Below, one piece after another: positions 1 to 16,001 of a DNA stretch of 64,000 bases. Each line of letters starts with the position of its first letter. The first letter of the stretch is position 1. Source of the DNA: the human T2T-CHM13v2.0 reference genome, Homo sapiens. The notes beneath the pieces are model-generated. The model saw only the letters and a list, made by a program, of their open reading frames with translations. It made no database searches and was not told the DNA's origin. A program made the translations under genes and the position numbers. The stretch is from assembly GCF_009914755.1 (NCBI RefSeq), contig NC_060926.1, one strand, 5' to 3'.

Positions 1-161
1 CTGCTGCTGTGTCCTCTGAAATGTGCTGCCAGCTTAGGAGCCACCTTCTGGCACACTATGGGTAGTAAGCTCCTAGGTCTGGTTTTGCTCTAGTCACTTC
101 TCACTTCCTTGGCCATGCTGGGTTCCAGGTAGAAACAGAAAGAATGCTACCTTCACAACAG

Positions 162-372
162 CAGCACTGTGCAACAGAACTTTCTTCCCTGGTGGAAATA
201 TTCTATGTCCGCACCATCCAATACGGTAGCCACTAGCCACATCTGGCTATTGATCATTTGAAATGTGGCTAGGACAACGAAGGAAGGTTTTTAATTTATT
301 TAATTTCACTTAACTTAAATATAAAATTAAATAACCACGTGAGGTCAGTGGCTACCATATTGGACGGTGTAG
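162..372 (+). mobile_element. MER3 hAT-Charlie DNA transposon (MITE)
   Basis: Matches the recalled MER3 consensus (ccaatacggtagccactagccac...gtggctaccatattggac) with an internal inverted repeat. Confidence 0.8.
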
Positions 373-3300
373 TTCTACAGGATTCAGATTTGGTCCAAGG
401 GGGTAGAACTAGGGTCTTGATGTTTTCCTGTCCTCTTCATTTCTCCTGTCTGTCATCCTTATTCCTCCTTCAGGTATCTGCACTCCTAATGTCTTCCTGG
501 CAATTTCTTTTCTCCATTTATAAACCAGTTCATACAAATTGGTGCTTAGAGGGCTACCAGCCCATAGACCAGAGCTGCCAGGCAGCTCTCTTGGTCAAGG
601 TCACCTGTGACACACCCCTACCCTTAGCAGGGAAAAGGGCCCAACAGTTTGTTTTCAGTTATAGCAAGAACAGATGGGGCGGGGAATTCTCTCCCCCATC
701 CTCCAATAAGCTTGGGTGGGTGGACAGATCCCAAAGGATGGTGGGACAGTGGAAGCTATGGAGAGAGAAGAGGAACATCAGGAAGTAGCCTGGGCTCAGG
801 AAGTGCCCTAACACTTAGGAAGAGAGAGGGCTAAGAACATTGTGCTGAATTCTGGTTGACATATCTTGGCCACACTGAGTGATGCCCTGGGAACTGTTCC
901 AAAACAGAGGTGAGTTTGCTGCTGGAGGGTGATTTTGGATCCAGTCTCTAGCTCAATCGTTATAGCTTTAGAAAATATTAAATGCCTTGAGAAATATTTG
1001 GAATAGGAATCATTTCCATACTGTGTGGTAATTAAGACTTTTGGTTACAAGGAGCTCAACTACCTAAACTTAAAGAGGGGATTTACTATAAGGAAAAAGA
1101 AATGCCACCTAAGATCAGGGAGTGGCCAGGCCTCTGGAGTGGTTAGAAACGGTGACTGATGAGGGGGTACTCAGCAGGTCCCCTCTGCCCGTTCCTGCCT
1201 CCACCTCTCCCTGCACACCTGTTCTCTTCTTTCTCAGAGTAGCTATGATTGTGCTGTGGTGCCTGATCTTCCATGTCACAGGCCTAGACCTACAGAGAGA
1301 CGGGAGCAGCTCTTTTGGTCCTAATTTCAAATTCTTAAGAAAGGGATGCCTATGTCAATCCTGGATTAACTTCCCATCCTTGAGCCTGTCAATTATGAAC
1401 ATTTCCACAATTCAGTTATATGAACAGGCTCATCTTGATCCTACTGTGTAGATGAGGTTGGAGAGAAGAGACAGTCTCACTGCAGTCCACGTCAATGCGC
1501 CATCTCTAGCAGGGACCTGCCTCCATGTATCTCCAGCAGCATCCCCAACCCCCAGGAGAGCAAGCTGCTCATGAGGATTGCTGCTGAGAAGCATTTGTTC
1601 CTCATTATAGAATTTCCTTGTTGAGTGGCTTTGGTAGTTACCCTGGGCTTCCAGCACTTCAAGAAGATCACTATCAGCAGAGCAACTCCAGTTGAAGCCA
1701 ATTGCTTTCAGGCAGCAGAAACTTGGCCACAGTTTGGCTGGGAATCCATCTGCTTCTGGACTGGTCATAAAATTTGCCCATAAAGCAACTCATTTCTGCT
1801 CTTATTGTGTTTTTAGAAAAGTCATAGAAATGCATATCACTATTACCATCTTGTAAATGAAAATGTGACCTCCTGCCACAGAGTGCTTTTAGAATGAATC
1901 CTACATTTTGCCATATGTTAAATAAGGTGAACAGTAAAGAAGATCTTGAAAACACAGCCTTTCTCTGGCCATGAACAGCTATGTATACTTAAGCTTGTAT
2001 TCTGGAAGGAAAACATATCTACTTTACAAAAATCATTGAGGATACAAACCATTTAAAAGAAGACCAATCAATGTATTTATTTGCTCATTTGTTCATTCAT
2101 TCAAAGGACATTTGCTAAATGCCCTGATGTGCCAGAAACATGGGGACAGAGAATATAAGATAAAGAGTCCAGCTGGAAGCAAATGCTAACAGGATTTCCT
2201 CAGTTTGTATATCTTTATTTGGTTCAGCCTGTGCAGGGGATCCTTGCTCCAGAGTCACCATGTATGGTTGCTGGGCTGTGCACTGCACAAGGATGCTGGG
2301 GTGAGTGGGGCTGAATCTTGTTATCTGACCCTGCATCCTGGTGCTGACCCACATCTGCCAGAGGGGGATGCCTTTTCTGGTAGGTTAGTGGTGAATGGCT
2401 GACCACAAACTTTATTGTGGGGTCTAGAACACGGATAAGAGTGATGGAGGCACTGATCTTACCAGGACTTTGGCAACAGGTGTAAACTGAGACTATTCTG
2501 GGCAAATCAGAACATTGAGTCACCCACTGATAAAAGGAGAGCTGTGCCCTTAGGGCCTGTTTCAGTGACCAAACATGTCTCCCACTTTGCTATTCTCTAG
2601 CCTTCTCAGGACAGAACTCTCTGTTCTCCTTCTCCACTGGCCATGGCCCCCTTGAATTCCTAGCACCCTTGGATCTTGCCCTAAGATTGGTCAGAGAGAC
2701 AGCAGGGAGGGATGCAGAACCAAGTGGGTGGGGCAGGCAGAAGGAAGCTGGGAGGAGGGTGAACAGTGCCTCACTGAGTGGGAGTTGTTTTTGGCTAAAT
2801 GGGAATCTTGGTGGTTGTTGTTCCTGTCTTTGGAGACCACATCTCTCAGGATGCCCTGGATAGAGAGGTCAAATAGTCATAGAATGTGTTTTTAGATTTT
2901 TTTTAACTGCATTTTTGCTTCTTTTCTGTTGTCACTGCCCTCATTAATCATTGATTTGCATGTAAGGCACCACAATAGCCTAAGTCACCTTGATGGAGCA
3001 GGTGCCACATTCCAGGCCCAGCGAAACACTGTGCATCATTTCCAACCCTCATGGCAAGCCTGACAGGGGAGGGGCTGTGCGAGAGTAAAAGGAGGTGTTT
3101 TGTTTGTTTCTCTGCACTTTGCCAGGTGTCATGCTTAGCTATTCCTAAGAGACCAACTTAAAGGCAGGAAGGACATCCCGCTCATCTTGGGCTGCTGTGA
3201 AGCTCAGCCCAGGGCTGACTCAGAGTGGATTTTCGGTCAGTATCTGTTGAATGAAGGTGGTATGTTGGCAAAGGCACAAGGGAAGAGGATTTACCACTGA

Positions 3301-3801
3301 CTGCGTTTCTTTTTATCCTCTTCCAATTTCCTGTTATGCCTCTGTGTCACCTAATGGATGAATTTAGTTCCATTGCATTTTTAACGAGAAGATCTCGTGT
3401 TCATTTACCGCACAGTTTGTCCTCATCTACCCCAAATTATTGAAAGTCTCTCTAGCAGCTAATGTCCAATAAGGAAAGGATGATCTCTCCAGAGTCTGGA
3501 ACATTTTGGGTCTCTGCCAAGGGAATGCATCTTCCCAGTGAGTTCAGCCCATGGGAAGGATGTCTCACCTCACTTCAGAATAGCCTTACTGGCTGGGCAA
3601 ACTGGCAGGGTTGGTGCTGAGGCACTGAGGCCAACTCAGGGCTCCTGTGTGTTATGAACTGTTTGAGAAGCTGAATAAAGTTTCCAGATTTCTGAAACTC
3701 AGTCTCATAACAGCCCCATGGACAGAAGATCGATTCCATGACAGCAGGGCTTTGTTCTGTCCTATCAGCACAGAGCCAGCTTGTTCATGAAGGGACAATA
3801 A

Positions 3802-4136
<335 letters not shown>

Positions 4137-4243
4137 ACATCAAACTAGTTTCTACACAACCAAGATGATGAAAACAGTCTGAAAATAAGACTTGAAGGTA
4201 TCCTTTGTGTGTCTATTTAAGCTAACAATACCAGTTTCCATAA

Positions 4244-4495
<252 letters not shown>

Positions 4496-5296
4496 TGACC
4501 TGGGCTACCTTGATTTACTTGGAATTGTCTAATAGGATGGAGGCAGGAGAGATGGGTAGTAAACACCAAAAACGATTGCAGAAAAAGATACATCTTGTAA
4601 AAGCCAAAAAGCAGTTATTAGGCTATGCTCAACAGGAAAACTCAACAGGTTAAGGACTGGATTATCACCTAGCCTCCTGTGTCCACACGCAAGGCAGGCA
4701 TCCACGTCACATCCACCTTGAGCCCTACTGCTACTGAGGGCCCCATGAATGCTTTTGTGAACCCTACTGCTTAGCTCTGCGTACTCCTGAGGTACATATG
4801 GCCCTGAATATGCATTCCCTTCATACTCACTGTGCAAGCTCTCCAGCAAGGTTTCACAAAGGTGTTTAATGATCAGAAATAGCCTTTCCTACATCCTCCG
4901 TGCTCCCAGTCTCAATGAGAGCACCGTCCACAGGCTGTTCCTGCAGGGCCTGGGCCTCTCATCTCCCAAACCCCCATGGCATTCCTGGTAGGTGACCCAG
5001 CCCATGGCATCCCTGGGAGGTGACCCAGCCCCATCCACTGCTGACTCCCCCAGGGCCTCTGCCCTGGAATGGGCCGGCACACTCTCTTGCTGCCCGCAGC
5101 TCTGCCCACCTCCCTGTGGCCTCAGCATGGCCGCTGGAGGACTCCCTAAATGTAAAGCCCACCCTGTTCCTACCCGGCTTCAAACGCCTCAAGTCACCCC
5201 TCTGCCTTCAGGACAAAGTCCCAGGTTCTCCACCTCGCCTGTGGGGCTTTTCAGGGCCCGTGCAGCACCCCCACTCCCCCCAGTCTGCTTTCCTTC

Positions 5297-5719
5297 TGTG
5301 AACCCTGAATATCTGAGACAGGTCTCAGTTAATTTAGAAAGTTTATCTTGCCAAGGTTGAGGAGGGATGCCCGTGGCACAGCCTTAAGAGGTTCTGACAA
5401 CGTGTGCCCAAGATGGTCAGAGCACGGTTTGGTTTCATACATTTTAGGGAGACATGAGACATTAATCAACATATGTAAGATGAACGCTGGTTCCTTCTGG
5501 AAAGGTGGGACAACTCACGAAGCAAAGGCGGGACAACTCGAAACGAGAGGGGGCTTCCAGGTCATAAGTAGATAAGAGACAAATAGTAGCATTCTTTTGA
5601 GTTTCTGATTAGCCTTTCCAAAGGAGGCAATCAGATGTGCATTTATCTCGGTGAGCAGAGGGGTGACTTTGAATACGGTGGGAGGCAGGTTTGCCCTAAG
5701 CAGTTCCTAGCTTGAATTT

Positions 5720-5749
<30 letters not shown>
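5297..5749 (-). mobile_element. MER4A-type ERV1 solo LTR
   Basis: Reverse complement starts TGTGAAAGGAAAATAAATCTTGGGGCCC and ends GGGTTCACA; 4-bp TSD cttc on both sides. Confidence 0.85.
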
Positions 5750-6310
<561 letters not shown>

Positions 6311-6599
6311 ACACAGTAACTCTAAATCAGCGTTAAGGTGCTTCCTTAGGGGAATTTTTTTTAATCTTGTAAGATTTTCATTTTGTTATTAACACACGTA
6401 AAGTTTTACCCAGAATTTCGGTTCAGGGGAATTGGAAAGGACAGTTGTAATTCGCTTGTTCTGTAATTGTGAGATCGGTGATGCACTTTTGAAAGTAGTG
6501 ACAGTGCCTGAGAAATTGTGAGCACCATAGAAGTGTCTGATTGAGGTCAAAGCAACTAAGCCTTTGTTACTTGAAACACTTAGCATTTTCTTTTCAACT

Positions 6600-7140
6600 T
6601 TATATTTTAAAAAATTTTGAATCTACAAAATGTTGCAAGAATAATGCAATGAACATCTGTACATTCTTCACCTAGATTCACCAATTGTTAACATTTCCCC
6701 ACGTTTGTCTCAACTTGTTCCATAAATATCTACGTATGACTTTGGGGGGAACCGTTGAAAGCAGGTTGCAGGAATCATGATCCTTAACCCCCTAAGCACA
6801 TGAGCATGCCCCTCCTGTGAGAGGGGGTTTTCTCACATAACCCAGTACAATTTTCAAACCCGAACAGTTACCATGGACCAGTACTGCTATCTAACGGTTC
6901 ATACTCGAATTTTGCTAATTATCTCAACAAGGTCCTTTAGAGTAAACATTCTTTTTTCTCAGTTTGTATTCCAAATCGATTTAGCTTTGTTTTTTTTTTT
7001 TTTCCTTACATTTGGAACTGGTTCTTAGCCTTTCCTTGTCTTTCATTACGTTTTTTGAAAAGTGTAGGCCAATTGCTTAGTAGACTGTCTCTCAATGTGG
7101 ATTTGGTTGATGTTTTCTCGTGATTAGATTCAGTTTGTCT
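6600..7140 (-). mobile_element. Old L1 (L1MC-like) 3' fragment
   Basis: ttcacctagattcaccaattgttaacattt and tgattagattcag motifs; boundaries approximate. Confidence 0.55.
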
Positions 7141-7613
7141 AACCTTAACATTTAAAAAACTTCTTTTACGCAGAATTAATATTGACCGGTAGAACTAAGA
7201 AAACGTGTCGTAATCTAGACATGGGTTTTTTTTTTTTTTAATATCAAGAAGAAACTGAGATGTTTTGTTTTGTTTTTCCCATTTATTTTTCTCAGTTTCC
7301 TTACCAACCAGAGGGAACACTGTGGGTTGTCACTTTGTTACAAAATTGAGCAACTCAGCTTCCTTGCTACTAAATCCTGAATACACCTTATTCGTTCATT
7401 AAACATACACTTATTGGATGCCTATTATGTACCAGAAATTGTTTTATGTGCTATGAATACAGCAGAACAAAACGGACAAAAAGTCCCTGGGCTGGGGCGC
7501 CTCTTTCTATGCAGATGAAGTGAAGTGATTGAGGAAGTTGAATAGTTTCATTGTTGCTAGTTGTCCACTTGGAGTGCTACCTTCACTTCCCATTGTCTCA
7601 TTTTAAAAGGGAA

Positions 7614-8267
7614 CGTTAATGGCTGAAGTAGATATGAAGCCATACCCGCTGTACGTGCATGCAGTAAGTCAATCACTGCAAGCATGGGTTTTGCAAAAGA
7701 GAAAAGATTTATTCACAGGGTTGCCCAGTGAGAAGATGGGAGAATGGTTGTCAAATCTGCTTCCTTAAAGATAAGGATTAGGGATATTTAAGGAGTAAAG
7801 AGGCAGGTGTTCTATGGCGTGGGGAAAGGTGATAGGAAGTGGAGAAGGAATGAGGTAATTGGTGGTTTTTGCAGGTGTAGTCAGGGTTCATGGCTCGTCA
7901 TAGGACACCTGTCCAGAAAATGGCAGGTGTTAGCATGATCTGAGGGAGGAGTTTTGGCCCTCTGACCTCGAAAGGTCATCTCTTGGGCATTTGTGCACGC
8001 CCTGTTGAAGAGTCAATGGTCTCAGCTGTTTTGAACTGGATCAGAGCAGCTCCCTAGTTCCTGAAAAACAACTTTAAGCAACTATTATCATAGTGACGTA
8101 TATGTCAGAGATGTTATCTATAAGGAAACTAGTGGTGATTTAGTTATATATTGTTTGGCTACATGACTTTTAGCTATACGGATTTTAAAATCAACTAGAA
8201 GGAAGCAATTAAAAGCAAGCAAGGCAGGTGAAGTTTGGCAGGCTTAATTAGGTTAGCTCTCAGTTTC
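7614..8267 (-). mobile_element. ERV1-class solo LTR, subfamily uncertain
   Basis: caatcactg...gaaaagatttattcacaggg and cctgaaaaacaact...cagtttca ends resemble MER31/LTR8-type LTRs. Confidence 0.55.
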
Positions 8268-8985
8268 AAAATCTGTCTAGAGGAAGGAGACTGGGTGCTG
8301 AGAGGCTGGATTTATGCCCCGTGAGAGCTGGTTAAAAGAAGCAGGTGTAAAACTTCTAAGGATCACATCGTACTTACCTGAAAATATTAGAATGACTTTG
8401 ATATGGTGATGACTAAAATTGTTCCTCATTTCTGAGGCCGTAGTAAAATTAGAGAATGGAGATAGTCAGCAAAGGGGCTTTCTAACGATTGGAGGAGGGG
8501 GCTGCCTCTCAGCTCCTGACGCTTCTCTTACAAGAGCTAATCCAAAGAGGCCAGTGACCTCTCTGAGGGTAGATTCCTACATGGGCAACATATTACACTA
8601 GGGTCATTTCCAACTTTAGATTCAGTTTTATGCTAAAAAATATTTTTTAGGTATTGTATTTGTTGTACTTTGCTGCCCCCCGCCGCAATAAAACCCTGTA
8701 TAACCCTTAGCATTGAGAAGATAATCAGATCTAAACCCTAAAAAGGCCAGTGTACAAAATTGTGTTTTATAAAGCAAAGTTATTGACACAAAAGCCATCC
8801 AAGGAAGATTCACTTGAATCCAACCAATATGGGGGTCCAGGAGCAGAGTGCCCGACTTACCATGGTGGCATTGCCTAACTTGCTTAGAGGCTCTGGTTAG
8901 ACATTCATTGTCCATAAGAGTCCTCTAGAGGCTGGTTAAAGATACAGACAGATTCCCTCGACCCACCTCCCAGAGAGCCTGATGA

Positions 8986-9319
<334 letters not shown>

Positions 9320-9456
9320 AAGGATCTGTATTTTTAAGTGAACACCTCTCAGGAGAACTGTCTGAGGTCCCCTCTCCTTCCTTGCCATACGACATAGCTG
9401 CCAGTGCTGTGTCCTGATGCCTACAGGGATGGGGCCTTTATTTTAGGGGTCTGTGA

Positions 9457-9717
<261 letters not shown>

Positions 9718-10011
9718 TAGGTCACATGGAAGAAAGACCATGGCATGGGCCTGTGGCCTGAACCCTGGGGCTCTGTGATGGAGCCAGCCAGATCATGGGG
9801 AAGTCTGCCTTTCAAGGAGTGCCTTTGGGACCTTAAAGGAATTGAAAACAAGGATGACGTACCTAATTAACTGCTGGGAAAGAGTTAACAATGAATGTTT
9901 TGTTCATTAAAATGTGTTCTCAGCAATCTCATATCACAGTCAGGTTCTTTATTCTTCATAACTATGGCTTACATCCATCTCAGGCGGGCTCAAAGCCAAC
10001 TGCAGTATCTT

Positions 10012-10467
10012 TTTTTTTTTTTTTTTTTTTACACCCACTAGGATGGCTATGTTTTTTTTTTTATTATTATACTTTAAGTTTTAGGGTACTTGTGCATAAC
10101 GTGCAGGTTTGTTGCATATGTATACATGTGCCATGTTGGTGTGCTGCACCCATTAACTCATCATTTAACATTAGGTATATCTCCTAATGCTATCCCTCCC
10201 CACTCCCCCCACTCCCCAACAGACCCTGGTGTGTGATGTTCCCCTTCCTGGGAACCAACCCAAATGTCCAACAGTGATAGGCTGGATTAAGAAAATGTGG
10301 CACATATACACCATGGAATACTATGCAGCCACAAAAAATGATGAGTTCATGTCCTTTGTAGGGACATGGATGAAGCTGGAAACCATCATTCTCAGCAAAC
10401 TATTGCAAGGACAAAAAACCAAACACTGCATGTTCTCACTCATAGGTGGGAATTGAACAATGAGAAC
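10012..10467 (-). mobile_element. 5'-truncated L1PA (about PA3-PA5) with 5' inversion and extra 3' segment
   Basis: 10052-10250 is antisense L1 3'UTR; 10251-10467 is the adjacent upstream L1 segment in the opposite orientation; TSD tgcagtatctt / tgcaatatctt. Confidence 0.9.
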
Positions 10468-11729
10468 TGCAATATCTTGATTGCTTGGCTACACTCACAG
10501 AAATTCAAATCAATGGATATTGTCCTTGGTTAAATGGGCATTAAGAAGGCTGTGAGACAACCACCCCCCGCCCCCTGCAAATGTTTCCTGTGAACATTTT
10601 TAGAGAGTAATGAGCATTTCATGCTAAAAATACAAGGTAGACATATGGGGTTTTGTATCAAGTGTAGAATTTTGAAAACAACATTTCTAGTAGTTGAGGA
10701 ACTTCTTGAGCAACAGGTGTTCTCTGCCCAGAAGCATTGGACCAAATGTTCAGAAATCCACATTTAAGCTACACCTTCTCCCATCTGGGCTCCTTAGAAG
10801 CAGCAAATGTTAAGGATTTTTGGAATTGCTGTGATTCTTCTTTTAGAATTATTTTATTTTTGTGTCTTGGTTACCATTTTTGAGATATATAAGGGGCAGG
10901 GGAGAGTGGGAGGTGTTTTTTTTTGTGCATCTTCAAGGAGGAAGCATGGTAGAGGGGGAGGAGGAGGCGTTTTGAAGACAGAGAAGTTGGGGTTGGAGTA
11001 ACCATTCCTTTTCTAGCTGCATAGTCTGGAGCCAGTTCCCTTCTTCAAGCTTTTATAATAATAACCTGTATTGTTATGGGACTGATTTATCTAATTGTGC
11101 AGAGTGAATGGTAGCTTCTATTATTATTACTAGATGCCCAACAGGAGATGGCAAAATGATTTCACATCAAATGCCAACTTCAGGGATGAGAGTGGCCTAG
11201 AGCAGGCTTTTGAGGACAATGGCAGGCTAAATGGGAAAGAATACCATTATCTATTAGCAATATTTGTAATGGGCATAGGAGTCAATGTAGTGTTGTATAA
11301 TTATCCCCACGGTAGATGCAGTGCATATGTTAATTCACAGACTCACAAAAAACCTTGAAAATGTGGGTATTTTTACCTCTGAATGGGAATGAGAAAAGAC
11401 TTCAAAGTCTCCCTAGAGGCTGTTTATAGAGCCCATTTCCTGGCAACAAGTAAAACTTGAAATGAATATGTAAAGATTAAAGAATGTGCCAATCATTTGG
11501 AAATTAAGAAACAACCAACCACCCAACCATCTGCTAAACAAATGTTGGATCTAGAATGATCTTTCAAAAATATAATCATAGATAACTTAGAAAGCAATGC
11601 AAATAAAAACATTACATATTAAGAATATATGTCAATATGTCAGTATGGCCAAAGCTGCACTCAAAGTGAAATGCATAGCCATATACCTTTATTAGTAAAA
11701 ATAAAAGTAATAAATAATTCTTTAATCAT

Positions 11730-11965
11730 AATAACAAAACCTAACATTTATATAATAGCACTTACTATGTACTAGGTTCTATTCTAAGTGTATTACATAT
11801 ATTAACTCATTTGATGTTCATAACAAAACTATGAGGTAAGTACTACTATTCCCCCCTCATTATAAACGAGAAAAGTGAGGCATACAGAAAGTAAGAAACT
11901 TTCTTAATGCACATATCTAGTTAGTGGCAGGTTCATGGTGCACAATCTTTTAACCACTATAGTAT
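11730..11965 (-). mobile_element. MIR SINE
   Basis: gcacttactatgtactagg...aactcatttgatg...gaaaagtgaggcatacagaaag core. Confidence 0.7.
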
Positions 11966-12762
11966 TCAGATTAATAAATTTAAAAAATAGTATCACCAGC
12001 AAAACTCTGAATTCTTTCTGAATGCTATTTTTTCCTTCTGTTCTCCTTGAATTTTGGTGGTGATATTATTGTTCAAACTTATTAAATTCTATGTTTGGAG
12101 TTAAGATTGAAACACCTTTTAATGCAACGCTGATACTTTAAAACCTAAATGCCTTTGAATGGAGCTTGAGAGTGAGGAACCTTTTTGGTAAGGATTCCTT
12201 TCTTTATGTTCCTGAAGCAGTTTTTTATTCTCTGGTATTTTGGGAACAAAGTATCCATTTAATTACTTCTTTTTGTGGTCCTGTTGCTATGCGCTTCTCA
12301 AGTGCAAAGACTGTTTCATTCATTTTCTAATCCCTAGATCCTGGCATGGGTCACGGCATATGATAGATTCCAGACAGCTATGTATGTGTGCATTTCAATG
12401 TCTGCTTCTACCTGTATCCAGACACACACAAATACACACACACACACATTTGCACATACATGGTTTCCTGAATGCTGAATTTGAATTTCGTTGAATTTAT
12501 GCAAAAGAGCACAGGGCAATGAACCAAGAATGGGACTGGGAATCTGATCCTTACACTGTCACTGGCCATTTATGAGAAAATGAGCACATGGCACAACCAT
12601 TTTGAACTTCCATTTCCTCATATTTAAAAGGAAGTCTGTACTATAAGATCGCTAAGACCCCTCTGGATTTAGGAATCTGGGAGGAGGCATAATGTGATTG
12701 AACCCAAAGTATTAGCTTTCATATGAATATAGAAAAATATCATCATGTATCTTGACTGATAA

Positions 12763-13065
<303 letters not shown>

Positions 13066-13996
13066 TGAGAAACACACCTGATCAGGTATTTTTATTGCCA
13101 AAGAACTGTTATTTCTCTTAATTTTTCCAACACATCAGGAATGCTTCTGCCAGGGTCAATGTGGTATGTACCCTTTAACATGCTAAAGGCAATGATAAAT
13201 ACGGCCATCTTCCATTGTGGTTTGTTAGTATCGAAAGCTGGCTGTCTTCTTCTGGTAGATACCATTTAAGAACAAATACGATCTACAATGACAAATATGA
13301 GTTTATGAAACAACGCAATTAGCTAGGATAGAAAAGATAAAAACCAACCTGCTAGTTTAACAATGGTATGGTTTACTTTTTTGAATCTTGGCTACTTCTG
13401 AGTAACAGAAAACAGTGGTCTCAAGAGAAGAATGCAACAGTTGAGTGAAAGCCATTATTTGCCGTGGTTAAGTGACATGTACTCTCTCTCTTCCTGTGGA
13501 CAGGGTATTGAGATGTGTCCTGCTGTGGAACAAGATTACCTTGTGATTTAATGATAGACATAATGACAGGAACTTGTTGGAAATGTTGTCAATTATTTTC
13601 CTTTCACAATTGGACATACATGAAAGAAGAAACTATATATGCAATAAACTGTTGAAAGACCACTAGTTATGCAAAGTTCTCACTCAAGCAAGCATAGGAT
13701 TATAGGAAAGCATCATTATTATAAGGATAAACTTAAACCTAGTTTAATTTATAGGTGCAATGGTAAATCATGCACAGGCTTTCAGTATTCAAATATGTAT
13801 TTTAAATATCAATGACAAATTGCAACATGACCCATGTCATGCTATTACTAGTGTGGAGCAAAAAGACTCATCCGTCTTTAATGAGTGGATAATGTTCAAG
13901 TCCGTGAGATGTGAAGCTATCTCTCCACACCCTAGGCTCACAGGGCAGAAGCTCTTGGTCCAACTTTTCACAGAGGTAGGTGAGTATTTCTAATGA

Positions 13997-14119
<123 letters not shown>

Positions 14120-14739
14120 TAGAAGGTTGGCTAATAAGCCTATCCAACAAATTTGTATTTTCAAGGATTTGGGCTCATCTAATCTAACCTAATTGATTTT
14201 ACTGCAGCAAGTAGGTAGTGTTTTCCCTCCACATACTGTTCCCCTAACAGACTCCGGTTATTCCTCAGTCAAGAAGATTTGGGAGGAGAATTTCAGTGAC
14301 ATGAATAACCTGTGTACTTAGTGTTGGCCTTGACAGTCAACCTGCCAAAGAGAAGAGTTGACATTAATTCGGGAGACTTAAAGATTGTAACCGGCATATA
14401 TATTAGAAAGCTATGGCCAACCTATCTGCATTGAGATGAGCTGTGATCATACACACACAGATTGCCCCCAAACCAGATGTTTCCAGACCACCTAAGGCCC
14501 ATTTATATGCCACCTGGGGATGCAGGTATGTTGCATGATGGAATTCCAAACCCTAAGTGATTCTGAGATCATGGAAACTTCTTGAATGGTTCTGCACCTG
14601 CAACACTGAGCAACTGAGCAAGAATTTGACTTCCCAGCCAATCTGTATGGACTCATTACTGAGTTCATCTTGCCTGCAGTCAGGCTTCTGTTTGACGTTT
14701 TTTTGTTTTTGTTTGATAAGCCACTTGAATCAAAACCTT

Positions 14740-14880
14740 TTATTTATTTATTTGTTTTTAACTTTTAGGGTCAGGGGTATATGTGTAGGTTTTATGTATA
14801 GGTAAATTGTATGTCACAGGGGTTTTGCATACAGATTATTTTATCACCCAGGTAATAAGCATAGTACCCCATAGGTAGTT
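14740..14880 (-). mobile_element. Older L1PA 3'-end fragment
   Basis: acagattattttatcacccaggtaataagcatagtacccc is typical of L1PA13-16 3'UTR. Confidence 0.7.
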
Positions 14881-15293
14881 TAAAAAAAGTTAGTGTGACT
14901 ACATTTTAGTAAGTATTGTAAACAATTTTCAAGAGCTCATTTTTCTAGGAATAGCACATTACAAGAAAGTCATTTTTAACTCATCTTTTTCATGAATTTC
15001 CGCAATGATTTGCATATTCCTCCTTTTACCCATCCTATTTTACCTCTAAGACAGGGAATAGATTAAAGATACCTGGAGCTAAAAGTAAGTGCTGGCAAAG
15101 TTATCTGGAATCATCATCTAGTACTTCTCATTATTCTTTTATGTAACAATGGCTGTTTTCTTCATCCATTCAACAGATATTTATTGAGTACCCGCTATGA
15201 AATTTACAATTGAGATCATGGTTAAATAAAAATATTCAGGGAAACATTAAAATAGAGATTTTTTTTCAGTGTGTGATTGTCAGTGTATTAAAA

Positions 15294-15422
15294 CCTTTTT
15301 ATGCCTAGTGTTCCATCATTGGAACACTAAGCATGTGGGAGTTATTTATATCCTACTGCTCAAGGTCATCACCAAGGTGATCGCCAAAAATTCAAAAAAT
15401 TGCAAGCTCCAGCATAAATGGC
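15294..15422 (+). mobile_element. MER85 piggyBac-family MITE
   Basis: tttatgcctagtgttccatcattggaacactaagcatgtgggagttatttatatcctactgctcaaggtcatc...gcataaatgg matches the recalled MER85 consensus. Confidence 0.9.
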
Positions 15423-15674
15423 TCAAATCTGCAAAAGCAGCCACATCAAAGAGGAAGAGGGGTGGAGAAAAACTCATTGAAATATGGTTACATTTATTAT
15501 CTTACCAGATCAAATATTAGATTTGGAATGAAGATTTCTTGGCCTAGGGTGTAGGGGGAGACTGGAGAGCTGCTGCTGGTCTAGGGAACTGCATTTCTAT
15601 GGCATTTTCCACTGCCGTCTGCTCAGCCAATTAACAACCCACAGTAGTGGGGGTAGGAGAGGTGAGGTGAACTA

Positions 15675-16001
<327 letters not shown>

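Noticed and set aside
10187-10456. ORF ending MWHIYTMEYYAA...MFSLIGGN
   Set aside because: It is the L1 ORF2 C-terminal fragment in the inverted L1 piece, not a gene.
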